Shown here: piece by piece, positions 18,217 to 29,205 of the stretch
How the letters are laid out: each line of letters starts with the position of its first letter
Position numbering within the stretch: position 1 is the stretch's first letter
Assembly (NCBI GenBank): GCA_014860565.1
Contig: JACZJN010000068.1
Location: forward strand, 122,447-186,446
Length of the DNA stretch: 64,000 bases
Reading direction: 5' to 3'
From: Bacteroidota bacterium
GTDB taxonomy: Bacteria > Bacteroidota > Ignavibacteria > SZUA-365
Made by a program: the position numbers and the translations under genes
Notes under the pieces: model-generated
Told to the model about the DNA's origin: nothing
Database searches by the model: none
Seen by the model: only the letters and a program-made list of their open reading frames with translations

Positions 18217-19971
18217 CTATGCGCCGACGGCGCCGTCGTTTGACGCGGCGGCGCCGTTCGACATCTCCTCAATCGTCCCCTTGAGCAACTCCATCGCTTC
18301 CGCAGCCGAAGTGCAGCCTTCCACTTCGAGCACGACTGATTCGTCGCGCCGGGTCAGGCACCATGATGCAATGATCCGCATCTCGTCGATGTCCTCTTTC
18401 CCGCCCATGAACAGCTCCTCCTGTCGCGAGAAATACACATCCTCTATCTGCGTGAAAAGTTCTCGCTCAGGAACATTGCGCTGATCGACCAGCAGCTGCG
18501 CTGCCAGCATTCCCGACTTTATGAAGTGAATCTCGACGTTGCTCCTTCGCGCGTAGGTCACGAGAATCAGATTCTGTTTTCGCACCGAATGCACCATCAG
18601 CTGCTGCTGGCGAATGATGCGTTCAACGCCTGAGAGTCTGTCGCGGAGCACTGCAGCCCCTTCGAAATCCAGATCTTCGGCGCGGCGATGCATGCGTGCC
18701 CGCAAACGATCAAGGACACCGTCCTGCTCTCCCTGGAGAAAGAGAACGATATCGTCCACTTCCCTCTGATAGTCTTCGCTGCTCATGAGCTGGGCACATG
18801 GTGCGCCGCAGCGCTTGATATCGTGATAGAGGCAGGGCACGGCCGAGGGTGAAGGTTTGATCGAGCCATCACACTCACGCAGCATGAAAAGTTTGTTGAT
18901 GCTGTCCAGAGCGTCTTCGACCGCGAAACGTGAACGGAACGGTCCGAAGTACTCCGCTCCGTCGTCGACCAGGTCGTAGCACCACCCGATGGTCGGCCAG
19001 TCGTTCGTCGCGTCGATGCGTATGAAGGGATATTTCCGGTACCGTTTGAGCTGCGTGTTGTACGGAGGCTGATGCTGCTTGATCAGGCGTGACTCATTCA
19101 GCAGTGCGGACAGTTCCGTTTCCAGGGGCTTCCACGTGATCCCATGCACGCCCCGGACCAGGCGACGAATCTTTTCTGTGTGCCCGATATTGTGATAGAA
19201 ATACGAACTGACGCGCTCCTTGAGATCGCGCGCCTTCCCGATGTACAGCACGTCGCCGCGCTTGTCATGAAAAAAATATACGCCGGGACGGTGGGGTAGC
19301 TCAGCCAGGTTTTCCTGCAGCCTGGTGAAGTACTTCGGTGCTCCCGTGATGCGGTAGATCTGACGGTTCTGGAACGAGATCAGCTCGCCCGTTTCATGAA
19401 TATCAAATTCCTCATCGAGAATCTGCAGAAATTTCAGGAAGACCGTTGCAGTCGCCTCCGCGTCTCCCATTGCGCGGTGCCTGTTTTTGATGCGAATGTT
19501 GTAGTGCGCCGCCAGAGCGCCGAGCGATGCGCGCGATTTCTGCGGCATGAGACGGCGGGCAAGCCGGGCGGTGCAGAGATTCGGCACCTGCAGCGCCTCT
19601 ATTCCGCAGCGATGGAGTGTGGCATCCACGAAGGCACGGTCAAAGCGCACATTGTGACCGATAAAAACCGCATCGCCGATGAAGCGCCGTACGTCGGGCA
19701 TGACCTGGATGGCGTCGGGAGCAGTATATACCATCTCATTTGTGATCCCCGTCAAGCGCTGCACTTCTTCGGGAATGAATTGCCTCGGGTTGATCAGCGA
19801 ACTGTATCGATCCACGATTGCGTTGCCGCGAATGCGCAACAGAGCGATCTCCGTAAGCCGATTGCGCTCGGGATGAAGTCCCGTGGTTTCGACATCGCAT
19901 ACCACAAAGTCCGTATCCGCGATCTGGAGAATATGTTTGAAACTGGTGTCGTCCACCGTGCGTGCTTTCAT
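18217..19971 (-). CDS. DEDDh 3'-5' exonuclease fused to a GIY-YIG/UvrC-N-terminal (Cho-like) endonuclease
   Basis: VVCDVETTG...HNVRFD...HRAMGDA, then PGVYFF...LYIGKARDLKERVSSYF, a four-Cys cluster and the UVR motif LDFEGAAVLRD. ATG at 19971. Confidence 0.88.
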   Translation of the reverse strand: MKARTVDDTSFKHILQIADTDFVVCDVETTGLHPERNRLTEIALLRIRGNAIVDRYSSLINPRQFIPEEVQRLTGITNEMVYTAPDAIQVMPDVRRFIGDAVFIGHNVRFDRAFVDATLHRCGIEALQVPNLCTARLARRLMPQKSRASLGALAAHYNIRIKNRHRAMGDAEATATVFLKFLQILDEEFDIHETGELISFQNRQIYRITGAPKYFTRLQENLAELPHRPGVYFFHDKRGDVLYIGKARDLKERVSSYFYHNIGHTEKIRRLVRGVHGITWKPLETELSALLNESRLIKQHQPPYNTQLKRYRKYPFIRIDATNDWPTIGWCYDLVDDGAEYFGPFRSRFAVEDALDSINKLFMLRECDGSIKPSPSAVPCLYHDIKRCGAPCAQLMSSEDYQREVDDIVLFLQGEQDGVLDRLRARMHRRAEDLDFEGAAVLRDRLSGVERIIRQQQLMVHSVRKQNLILVTYARRSNVEIHFIKSGMLAAQLLVDQRNVPERELFTQIEDVYFSRQEELFMGGKEDIDEMRIIASWCLTRRDESVVLEVEGCTSAAEAMELLKGTIEEMSNGAAASNDGAVGA

Positions 19972-19981
19972 CTGGTCCGTC

Positions 19982-20638
19982 TCAGACCACGTCGTAGAAA
20001 TTGCGGTTCTGGATTTTAATGACGCGTCCCGGCCGCTGTGCAAGAAGGCTGTAATCGTGTGTCGCCATGATCACGGCGGTGCCGCGCTTGTTGATGCGGT
20101 CAAAGATAGCGAGGATGTCGCGGGATGCCGACGGATCGAGGTTGCCGGTGGGTTCATCGGCAAGGAGGATGACCGGATCGTTGACAAGGGCGCGTGCGAT
20201 GGCCACGCGCTGTTTTTCCCCACCGGAAAGGTCATCGGGCATTGCAAACTCTTTTGAAGACAGCCCAACCTCCGTGAGAAGCCGATGGACCTTCGATGCG
20301 ATAATCTGATGACGCGCACCGGTGACGTGCAGAGCAAAGGCGACATTCTCGAAGACGTTGCGATCTTCAAGAAGACGGTAATCCTGGAATACGATGCCTA
20401 TAGTGCGCCGCAGATAGGGAATCTGATGACGAGTGATAGTGGAGGAATCGTAGCCACCGATGCGCACACGCCCGAAGGTCGGCAGGGTATCCATATACAG
20501 CAGTCTGAGGAATGAGCTCTTTCCTATCCCTGTTTCACCGATGACGTATACGAATTCGCCCTCGGAAATCAAGAGATTGGCGTGATCGAAGATGTCCTGC
20601 GCCGCGAAGGTAAGACGGACATTGTGGAATTCGATCAT
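19982..20638 (-). CDS. ftsE: FtsE-like ABC ATP-binding protein
   Basis: GETGIGKS Walker A, IPYLRRTIGIVFQDYRLL, LSGGEKQRVAIARA, ADEPTGNLDP. ATG at 20638 with a GGAG SD. Confidence 0.85.
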   Translation of the reverse strand: MIEFHNVRLTFAAQDIFDHANLLISEGEFVYVIGETGIGKSSFLRLLYMDTLPTFGRVRIGGYDSSTITRHQIPYLRRTIGIVFQDYRLLEDRNVFENVAFALHVTGARHQIIASKVHRLLTEVGLSSKEFAMPDDLSGGEKQRVAIARALVNDPVILLADEPTGNLDPSASRDILAIFDRINKRGTAVIMATHDYSLLAQRPGRVIKIQNRNFYDVV

Positions 20639-20663
20639 GAAGATACTCCATGCTTGGGAAAGG

Positions 20664-21656
20664 TCACTGCAGCCTGTTCTGCGCGATGGTCCGCGCATAA
20701 TACACTGCCTCTTTCATACTTTCCGCGCTGGCGAGGCCATGCGCTGCAATATTGTACGCCGTGCCATGATCCGGAGAAGTGCGCACGATCGGAAGCCCGG
20801 CGCTGACATTCACGCCCCGTCCCTTCGCCTGCAGCTTGAACGGAATCAGTCCCTGGTCATGATACATTGCAACGATGAGGTCGTACATCTGTTTGCTGTG
20901 CGCGGAAAAAAATCCGTCCGCAGGGAACGGTCCTTCCACGTCGATACCTGCGGCCTGCATTGCTGCGATGGCCGGCCCCAGCACTGTGTATTCCTCCGCT
21001 CCCATCAGGCCGCCGTCGCCGCCATGGGGGTTGAGCGCGAGAACAGCGATTTTCGGATCTTCAATGCCGAAGTCAAGATCCATCGATTGATGTCCGAGAC
21101 GTATGGTCCGTTCGACCCGTTCACGCGTGATCAGAGGGGTCACATCGGCGATGGGCACATGGATTGTCACGAGACCGACATTCATCGTATTGCTGCTCAG
21201 GATCATTAGCACCTCGTCTCCTCTGCCGCTGAGGGCAGCGAGCATATCGGTATGTCCGCGGTACGGACTCCCGGCCATCGCGATCGCCTCTTTCGAAATC
21301 GGTGCGGTCACCATCGCCTGCGCTTCCCCGCTGGCCGTGGCGGCATATGCCGCCTCGATGGCCGCGACACTGATGCGCCCGCTCTCGGACGTGGGTTTGC
21401 CGATCTGTGCGGCGTCGAATGCGCCATCGAGACTGATGAGGTTCACCCGCTGCTCGAGGGCAACCGAAGGCCGGTCGATGCGATGGATATCGACGCCGAT
21501 TCCAATCGACTTCCGGAAATACTCCAGCGCCTCGTGGGGGCCGTAAACGACCGGGCGGCACAGATCGAACAGTTCCGAACGATCGAATGATTTCAGGATG
21601 ACTTCCGGGCCAATGCCGTTCACATCACCAATGCTTATCGCAATGATCGGCAGCAT
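20664..21656 (-). CDS. pdxA: 4-hydroxythreonine-4-phosphate dehydrogenase
   Basis: GDVNGIGPE, TAPISKEA, GHTD, LNPHGGDGG, GPFPADG, MYHDQGLIPFK, RTSPDHGTAYNIA. Confidence 0.96.
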   Translation of the reverse strand: MLPIIAISIGDVNGIGPEVILKSFDRSELFDLCRPVVYGPHEALEYFRKSIGIGVDIHRIDRPSVALEQRVNLISLDGAFDAAQIGKPTSESGRISVAAIEAAYAATASGEAQAMVTAPISKEAIAMAGSPYRGHTDMLAALSGRGDEVLMILSSNTMNVGLVTIHVPIADVTPLITRERVERTIRLGHQSMDLDFGIEDPKIAVLALNPHGGDGGLMGAEEYTVLGPAIAAMQAAGIDVEGPFPADGFFSAHSKQMYDLIVAMYHDQGLIPFKLQAKGRGVNVSAGLPIVRTSPDHGTAYNIAAHGLASAESMKEAVYYARTIAQNRLQ

Positions 21657-21659
21657 GCG

Positions 21660-22979
21660 TCATTCCTCCATCAGTCTGAAATTGCCGTTGTGGTCCTTGT
21701 CAACAAAGCGAAAAGTCTTCCCGAGCGAGGGATATTCCCAGATTTCCATCATCGGTTCTTCACGCTTCATGATGCGCTGGCTCTCCTCGGGCGGTCCGAA
21801 AAGAACGTAGACCTTCCCGCGGTCGGTCTGCGCACCGTTTCGCTCGAACACGGTCTGAAATTTGTAATAGGCCTGATCGACGCGGCGGAAGTACTCAGCC
21901 ATCATTTCGTTGTATTCCGTGTCGGGCGTGGCATCACGCTCTTTCCAGAAACGCCGAAACGCTTTCTGCATATCCCGATCATCACCGCGCTTCATCTCGC
22001 GATACTCCTCCGCCGTGAGAATAAAGCGCATCGCGTCGATGGCGAATTCGATATCACGCATGGAAAACGGCATATCGCGCCAGAATATTTCGATGGGGAT
22101 GCTGACGGAGTCACTCCCACCTTTCCAGTTGGCGGTCACCAGTAGCCGGTATTGCCCGACATCGAGAGCGGCAAAAGGCAGTTTAAGGATGGCGATATCA
22201 CCGACACAGGACGGTGATGAGAGAAGATGGAAATCCGAAACGATGCCGGACTGCCCTTCCGGAGTGGCGCCTGCGAGCACCGCCTCGGGCTGAACCGTAT
22301 CGTCGAAAACCGAATCCGAAATCTCGTCGCCGGAGGGGATCAGCTTCACGTTCCACGTCGCAGTCAGACCATGCGGAATGGGGATGCCGATGATCGCCTG
22401 TTCAGCGAATGGGAGCGAGCGAGTATACGCCACGACGCTGTACGCATCCTCACCGAGTTCCGGCTCCTGCTTCAGGGCGATCGGCTGCCCGATATGTCCT
22501 GCATCCGGATTCAACAACAGTGCCGCAATAGTTTGCTTCACCGTGCTCTGTCGCGTCGATCCCTGATCGGATATGAATACAGCAACCTCGTAATCGCCCG
22601 GCGACAGATAGAAGCTCTGCCGCAGGAGCACGAACTGGTCCCGCCTGTTTGTAGAATCGTAATCTCCGGCCGAGACCCTGGCGAAGTTGTTCTGGGATCG
22701 TATGGTCTTGCCGTCCTGCATGATACTGTAGCTCACCTCGACGCCCGCTGTAAAAAGGGAATCGGGGTGGACGCTCATCGAATGCGTAAAGATCATGAAG
22801 TCGTAGGAAATGCGCACGAAAACATCCACGCGCGCCATACCAACGGAATCGGACGGCAGTGCCGCGGCTTCCGCGTAAATCAGATCTCCGTAGCGAAGCC
22901 GCGGATCCGGCCTTCCCTGCCCCGGAAGCAGAGCGGGAAAGGTCAGAAAGAGCAGGAGGAAGACAACGCTTTTTTGCAT
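21660..22979 (-). CDS. GWxTD-domain secreted protein
   Basis: Signal peptide from ATG 22979. FWKERDATPDTEYNE and GAQTDRGKVYVLFGPP (GWxTD variant). Confidence 0.8.
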   Translation of the reverse strand: MQKSVVFLLLFLTFPALLPGQGRPDPRLRYGDLIYAEAAALPSDSVGMARVDVFVRISYDFMIFTHSMSVHPDSLFTAGVEVSYSIMQDGKTIRSQNNFARVSAGDYDSTNRRDQFVLLRQSFYLSPGDYEVAVFISDQGSTRQSTVKQTIAALLLNPDAGHIGQPIALKQEPELGEDAYSVVAYTRSLPFAEQAIIGIPIPHGLTATWNVKLIPSGDEISDSVFDDTVQPEAVLAGATPEGQSGIVSDFHLLSSPSCVGDIAILKLPFAALDVGQYRLLVTANWKGGSDSVSIPIEIFWRDMPFSMRDIEFAIDAMRFILTAEEYREMKRGDDRDMQKAFRRFWKERDATPDTEYNEMMAEYFRRVDQAYYKFQTVFERNGAQTDRGKVYVLFGPPEESQRIMKREEPMMEIWEYPSLGKTFRFVDKDHNGNFRLMEE

Positions 22980-23004
22980 ACGTACTCCGATGTATCGAAC
23001 TCTG

Positions 23005-25002
<1,998 letters not shown>

Positions 25003-25024
25003 CTATGAAAATGTGAAAAAGAGA

Positions 25025-26419
25025 TTATTTACCGATACAGAATCGCGCGAAAATTCCGTTGAGCACATCATCCGACGTCACCTCGCCGATCATTTCACCC
25101 AGTGCGTCGATCGCCTCGCGCACGTCCAGCGCGACAAATTCTTCCGTTCTTCCTTCGACCAGTGCCGCTTCGGCCCGGCGCAGCCCTTCGAGGCTCTTGC
25201 GCAGACATTCGGCATGACGCGTATTCGTCACCATCACGCTTCCCAGCTCCGACGGCGCTCGCATGCCCTGAGCAATCACGACGAGTGCATCTCGCAGCGG
25301 TTCAAGCCGAGTAAGGTCCCGTACCGAAACCGGTACACCGTCATTGGATAGCGCCGCACATTCCACTTCGTCAATGAGATCACATTTCGTGTACAGACGA
25401 AGAACCTGCTGGTCCGACCGTTCGAATTGTGTCAGAATATCCAGCGCGCCATGACCCGCCTTCCCTTCCGCTGCTTCGGAGAGGAGACAGACGACATCCG
25501 CCTGCCGCGCGATGGCATGGGTGCGTGCGATTCCTTCCCGTTCGACCGTGTCGCTGGTGGCGCGCAATCCGGCGGTATCGATGAAGCGGAACAGCTCTCC
25601 GCGCAGAAGCACAGCTTCCTCGATGAAATCGCGCGTTGTGCCAGGCACATCCGTTACTATCGCGCGATCCGAGCCGAGCAACGCATTCATCAGACTCGAC
25701 TTGCCGACATTGGGTCGACCAAGGAGTGCGACGCGAACGCCTTCACGGATGAGTCGACCACTGCCAAAGGAGTCGAGTGCACGCTGCAACTGCTGTCTGG
25801 CACCCGCAATCAGGCGCTGCAGGTCGCCCGGTGTCATGAATGCGACATCCTCTTCGACAAAATCGAGACTCAATTCCAGCATCGATGCGGCGTGCACAAG
25901 CTGTTCCCGTATCTGTCGCACATGCGTAGACAGGACACCTTCGAGCTGCCGAAGTGAGGCGAGGTGCGCATCACGGGATTGCGCATGAATCAGATCGGCC
26001 ACCGCCTCCGCCTGCACGAGATCGATGCGGCCGTTGAGAAACGCACGCCGCGTGAATTCACCCGGTTCGGCATGGCGTACTCCGCGCGCCAGCACGCTCT
26101 CAAGCACGCCCTGCGTCACCACCGTACCGCCGTGACAGCTGAACTCGACGCTGTCTTCGCCGGTGTATGACCGCGGAGCGCGAAAAACCGTTGCCATCAC
26201 TTCGTCGACAAAGCGACCGTCTGCGTCTTCCAGTCGTCCGTAATGCACCGTGTGTGTCTCTACCTCGGTCAGGTCCGCTCCCGTAAAAACGGCAGCGGCA
26301 AGTTCCACAGCACGATCTCCCGAAAGACGGATCACCGAAAGTCCTGCTGTACCCGGAGGTGTGGCGATGGCGGCAATGGTATCCAAACCCGCCGTGGCAG
26401 TGTGCGCGGATTGCATCAT
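25025..26419 (-). CDS. mnmE: tRNA modification GTPase MnmE
   Basis: DTIAAIATPPG, GRPNVGKSS, PGTTRD, DTAG, terminal FCIGK. Confidence 0.97.
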   Translation of the reverse strand: MMQSAHTATAGLDTIAAIATPPGTAGLSVIRLSGDRAVELAAAVFTGADLTEVETHTVHYGRLEDADGRFVDEVMATVFRAPRSYTGEDSVEFSCHGGTVVTQGVLESVLARGVRHAEPGEFTRRAFLNGRIDLVQAEAVADLIHAQSRDAHLASLRQLEGVLSTHVRQIREQLVHAASMLELSLDFVEEDVAFMTPGDLQRLIAGARQQLQRALDSFGSGRLIREGVRVALLGRPNVGKSSLMNALLGSDRAIVTDVPGTTRDFIEEAVLLRGELFRFIDTAGLRATSDTVEREGIARTHAIARQADVVCLLSEAAEGKAGHGALDILTQFERSDQQVLRLYTKCDLIDEVECAALSNDGVPVSVRDLTRLEPLRDALVVIAQGMRAPSELGSVMVTNTRHAECLRKSLEGLRRAEAALVEGRTEEFVALDVREAIDALGEMIGEVTSDDVLNGIFARFCIGK

Positions 26420-26709
26420 CGCAGGCGAATGTCCTTCACGATTTCCTCACCGAGGGCGGTGTTGATCTTCGCCACCAGTTCACGTCGCATCAGACTCAGT
26501 TCCTGCCTCCATGCGGAATCAACAACCTGCATCCAGAGCAGCCCATTGCGCAGGCGGTGAGGTGCTGCCTGTTTCGCGATCGCGCTTCCAACAATTTCTT
26601 CCCAACGAAGGAACAAATCCTGCTCGCGGATGCCTCTGTCGAGCCCCTGTTCCGCCAGGGCTTTCTTCATTGCCACTCCCATGGCGGTTATTTTCCAGAC
26701 GCGCTTCAT
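26416..26709 (-). CDS. dciA: DUF721/DciA-family helicase-loader protein
   Basis: 97 aa with W..IVG.AIA...P...GLL...V.DSAWRQEL pattern; canonical position after recF. Confidence 0.85.
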   Translation of the reverse strand: MKRVWKITAMGVAMKKALAEQGLDRGIREQDLFLRWEEIVGSAIAKQAAPHRLRNGLLWMQVVDSAWRQELSLMRRELVAKINTALGEEIVKDIRLR

Positions 26710-27842
26710 GCGACTACCGCAAGTTCGTGCACAATGCCGTCGTCAATACGCAAGGTCAGATTCTGCATTCCCCCCTGCGGAAAGAATCGCAGGGTAGCCT
26801 GGTTCGCGGAGGTGATGAAGGTCTGTCCCAGTCCATCCACGAGACGCAGCACATTGGCGAGACGTTCGTCGTCCAACTCACTGAACACATCGTCAAGCAG
26901 CAGAATGGGCGGCTCGTCGAGATGCATGTGGAGATACCGGTACTCCGCAAGCTTCAGGGAGATCAGGATGGTCTTGTGCTGTCCCTGAGATGCCTGCGCC
27001 CGCACGTCGAGGCCGTTGAGCAGGATTTCGAGTTCATCGCGATGGGGACCTATCGTCGTCGTTCCGCGCCGTATATCCATATCCATGCGCTGAGAAAGTC
27101 GTGCACGGTAGTCATCCACGGCTGTCTCCGAAAACGGATCGAGCTCCATGGAAGACACATAGCGGAGTGCAACTTCCTCCCGATCCTGAATCACGGCCTG
27201 CATCGCCTCTCCCAGGTACGGTACAAATTCATCGACAAAACCGTGGCGCCTGCGGAGAACGCGCACGGCTGATTCAGCAAGTGAAGCATCCCATACTTCC
27301 AGCGTACTGCGCACGTCTGCAGGACGTCGTTCATGATCCGCCAATAGCGCGTTGCGCTGTCGAAGCGCACGGCGATACGCGATAAGATCCATCAGGTAGA
27401 CATGGTGCAGCTGCGAAATGATGAAGTCTATGAACGACCGCCGTTCACCCGGTCCGCCCGCGGTGATGGGACGATGCTGCGGAGAAAGCGCCACCAGGGG
27501 GAACACGCCGATCAGGTCCGCGGCGGCAGGCAAAGCGGCATTGTCCATTTCGATCTGCTTGCGTCCGGGATCCGCATCGTAGGCAAGAGCAACGCTGCGG
27601 CGCGACGATGTCGTGCTCGTAAACCAGCCCTCGACACGATAGCCCTCCGCTTCGCGGCGCAACAGACTCTTATCCTGATGCGTCACGAAACTCCTCGATG
27701 TACAGAGGAGCGAGATCGCTTCCAGGACGGTCGTTTTGCCGGCGCCGTTTTCTCCGAGGAGAAGGAGCGTCCCTTCGGGACAGTCAATCTCTGTATGCCC
27801 GTGATTGCGGAGGTTTACGATGCGTAGGCGGTTGAGGATCAT
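26706..27842 (-). CDS. recF: DNA replication and repair protein RecF
   Basis: GENGAGKTTVLEAI, GGPGERRSFID, GPHRDE, SQGQ, LLLDDVFSELD. Confidence 0.96.
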   Translation of the reverse strand: MILNRLRIVNLRNHGHTEIDCPEGTLLLLGENGAGKTTVLEAISLLCTSRSFVTHQDKSLLRREAEGYRVEGWFTSTTSSRRSVALAYDADPGRKQIEMDNAALPAAADLIGVFPLVALSPQHRPITAGGPGERRSFIDFIISQLHHVYLMDLIAYRRALRQRNALLADHERRPADVRSTLEVWDASLAESAVRVLRRRHGFVDEFVPYLGEAMQAVIQDREEVALRYVSSMELDPFSETAVDDYRARLSQRMDMDIRRGTTTIGPHRDELEILLNGLDVRAQASQGQHKTILISLKLAEYRYLHMHLDEPPILLLDDVFSELDDERLANVLRLVDGLGQTFITSANQATLRFFPQGGMQNLTLRIDDGIVHELAVVA

Positions 27843-27844
27843 GA

Positions 27845-28972
27845 TTACGCGTTGAGGCGAAGCGGCATGACCAGCATGAGAATCTCGTGATCCTCCTCCT
27901 GATCCTTCGGTTGAATCAGACCGGCGCGGGTCGGCGCGCTGAAAAAGAAATTCACTTCACTGCTGTCGAGATGCTGCAGCGCTTCGGTGATGTAGCGTGC
28001 GTTAAAACCGATTTCCAGATCTTCATCTGCGGAAAATGCGCCCCGCACCACTTCGCGTGCTTCGCCGCCGATGTCCATGTCCTCGGCAGAGACACGCAGT
28101 TCCTCCTTGCCGACAGAGAAACGAATCTGGTTCGTGATGGCGTTCGAAAAGATCGAACACCGCTGCACGGCCGCGATCAAGGCGGGCCGATTGACAGTGA
28201 GCTGCTTGTCGTTCTCGAGCGGGATGACGCTTTCATAGTTCGGGTAGCGCTCGTCGATGATTCGGCTGGTACACATCATTTCATTGAAGGTGAAGCGCAC
28301 GTGCGAACGGCCGAACTGCACCGTCACCTGTCCGTCGCCAAGCGACTTCGAAACGATATGCAAGGCCTTGGCCGGAATGATCACGTCTCGATTGCCTTCG
28401 GTATTGGCTTCGGCGAGCGCACCGCCATGCTTGATGCGCACGAGGCGATGTCCGTCTGTTGCCACTGCATAGAATTCTTCGCCCTTCCACTGGAACAACA
28501 CTCCCATCATTGAAGGACGCAGGTCGTCTGTGCTCACCGCATATGCCGTGCGGGCGATAATGCCCTTGAGAACGTCAGTATCGAGCTGCAACGAAAACTC
28601 TTCCTGTATCCCCTCACTCTCGGGGAAGTTGATGGCGCCTTCACCGGCCATCTTGTATTCTCCCAAATCCGTCTTGAGTGTAAGGCGATTCGAAGTGTCG
28701 TCGGCGGAGAAGGACAGATCGACGCTGGGCAGTGCACGCAGCGTTTCATTGAATTTTTTCGCAGGGACAGCAACCTTCCCGTCGCCCTCACCGCTGACAG
28801 GAACGACAACGGTCATCGAGATTTCGAGGTCGCTTGCCGTCATGCGCAGATCATTCCCGTTCAGTTCGAACAGAACATTTTCGAGAATGGGCAGGGTCGA
28901 CTTGGCCGGAACGACGCTGATGATTTTCGAAAGCGCCTTCTGCAGATCGCTGCTCACTGCGGTAAATTTCAT
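27845..28972 (-). CDS. dnaN: DNA polymerase III beta sliding clamp
   Basis: KSTLPILENVLF, RPSMMGV, VATDGHRL, YPNYESVIP, IGFNARYI, LVMPLRL. GGAGG SD before ATG 28972. Confidence 0.97.
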   Translation of the reverse strand: MKFTAVSSDLQKALSKIISVVPAKSTLPILENVLFELNGNDLRMTASDLEISMTVVVPVSGEGDGKVAVPAKKFNETLRALPSVDLSFSADDTSNRLTLKTDLGEYKMAGEGAINFPESEGIQEEFSLQLDTDVLKGIIARTAYAVSTDDLRPSMMGVLFQWKGEEFYAVATDGHRLVRIKHGGALAEANTEGNRDVIIPAKALHIVSKSLGDGQVTVQFGRSHVRFTFNEMMCTSRIIDERYPNYESVIPLENDKQLTVNRPALIAAVQRCSIFSNAITNQIRFSVGKEELRVSAEDMDIGGEAREVVRGAFSADEDLEIGFNARYITEALQHLDSSEVNFFFSAPTRAGLIQPKDQEEDHEILMLVMPLRLNA

Positions 28973-29108
28973 GAAGTCCTCCGGTGGCAATCTATTATGG
29001 GATGCGGAAAATGTCTGTTGTCAGGCAACAACGAAACCACGTCGCCTTCAGGGTCAGGCACGGTCGGAATTCCCGTTCGTACGGGGCTGTCATAACCCTG
29101 AAATATAC

Positions 29109-29141
29109 AAAAAAACGGGGTGCGAAGCCACCCCGTTTGTT
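29109..29141 (-). terminator. Intrinsic terminator after the RNase E/G gene
   Basis: AAACGGGGTG-N6-CACCCCGTTT stem followed by a T7 run on the minus strand. Confidence 0.85.
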
Positions 29142-29205
29142 TACTGGAAATTCTTTGTTTTCAGATAGTTACAGGCGTCCCGCGAGGAGGGCGCCCGCGG
29201 ACATG

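Noticed and set aside
18227-18257. GC-rich hairpin at the convergent ends of the Omp85-like and DEDD genes
   Set aside because: It lies inside the coding 3' end and has no clear U-tract; probably a terminator or pause element, too weak to call.
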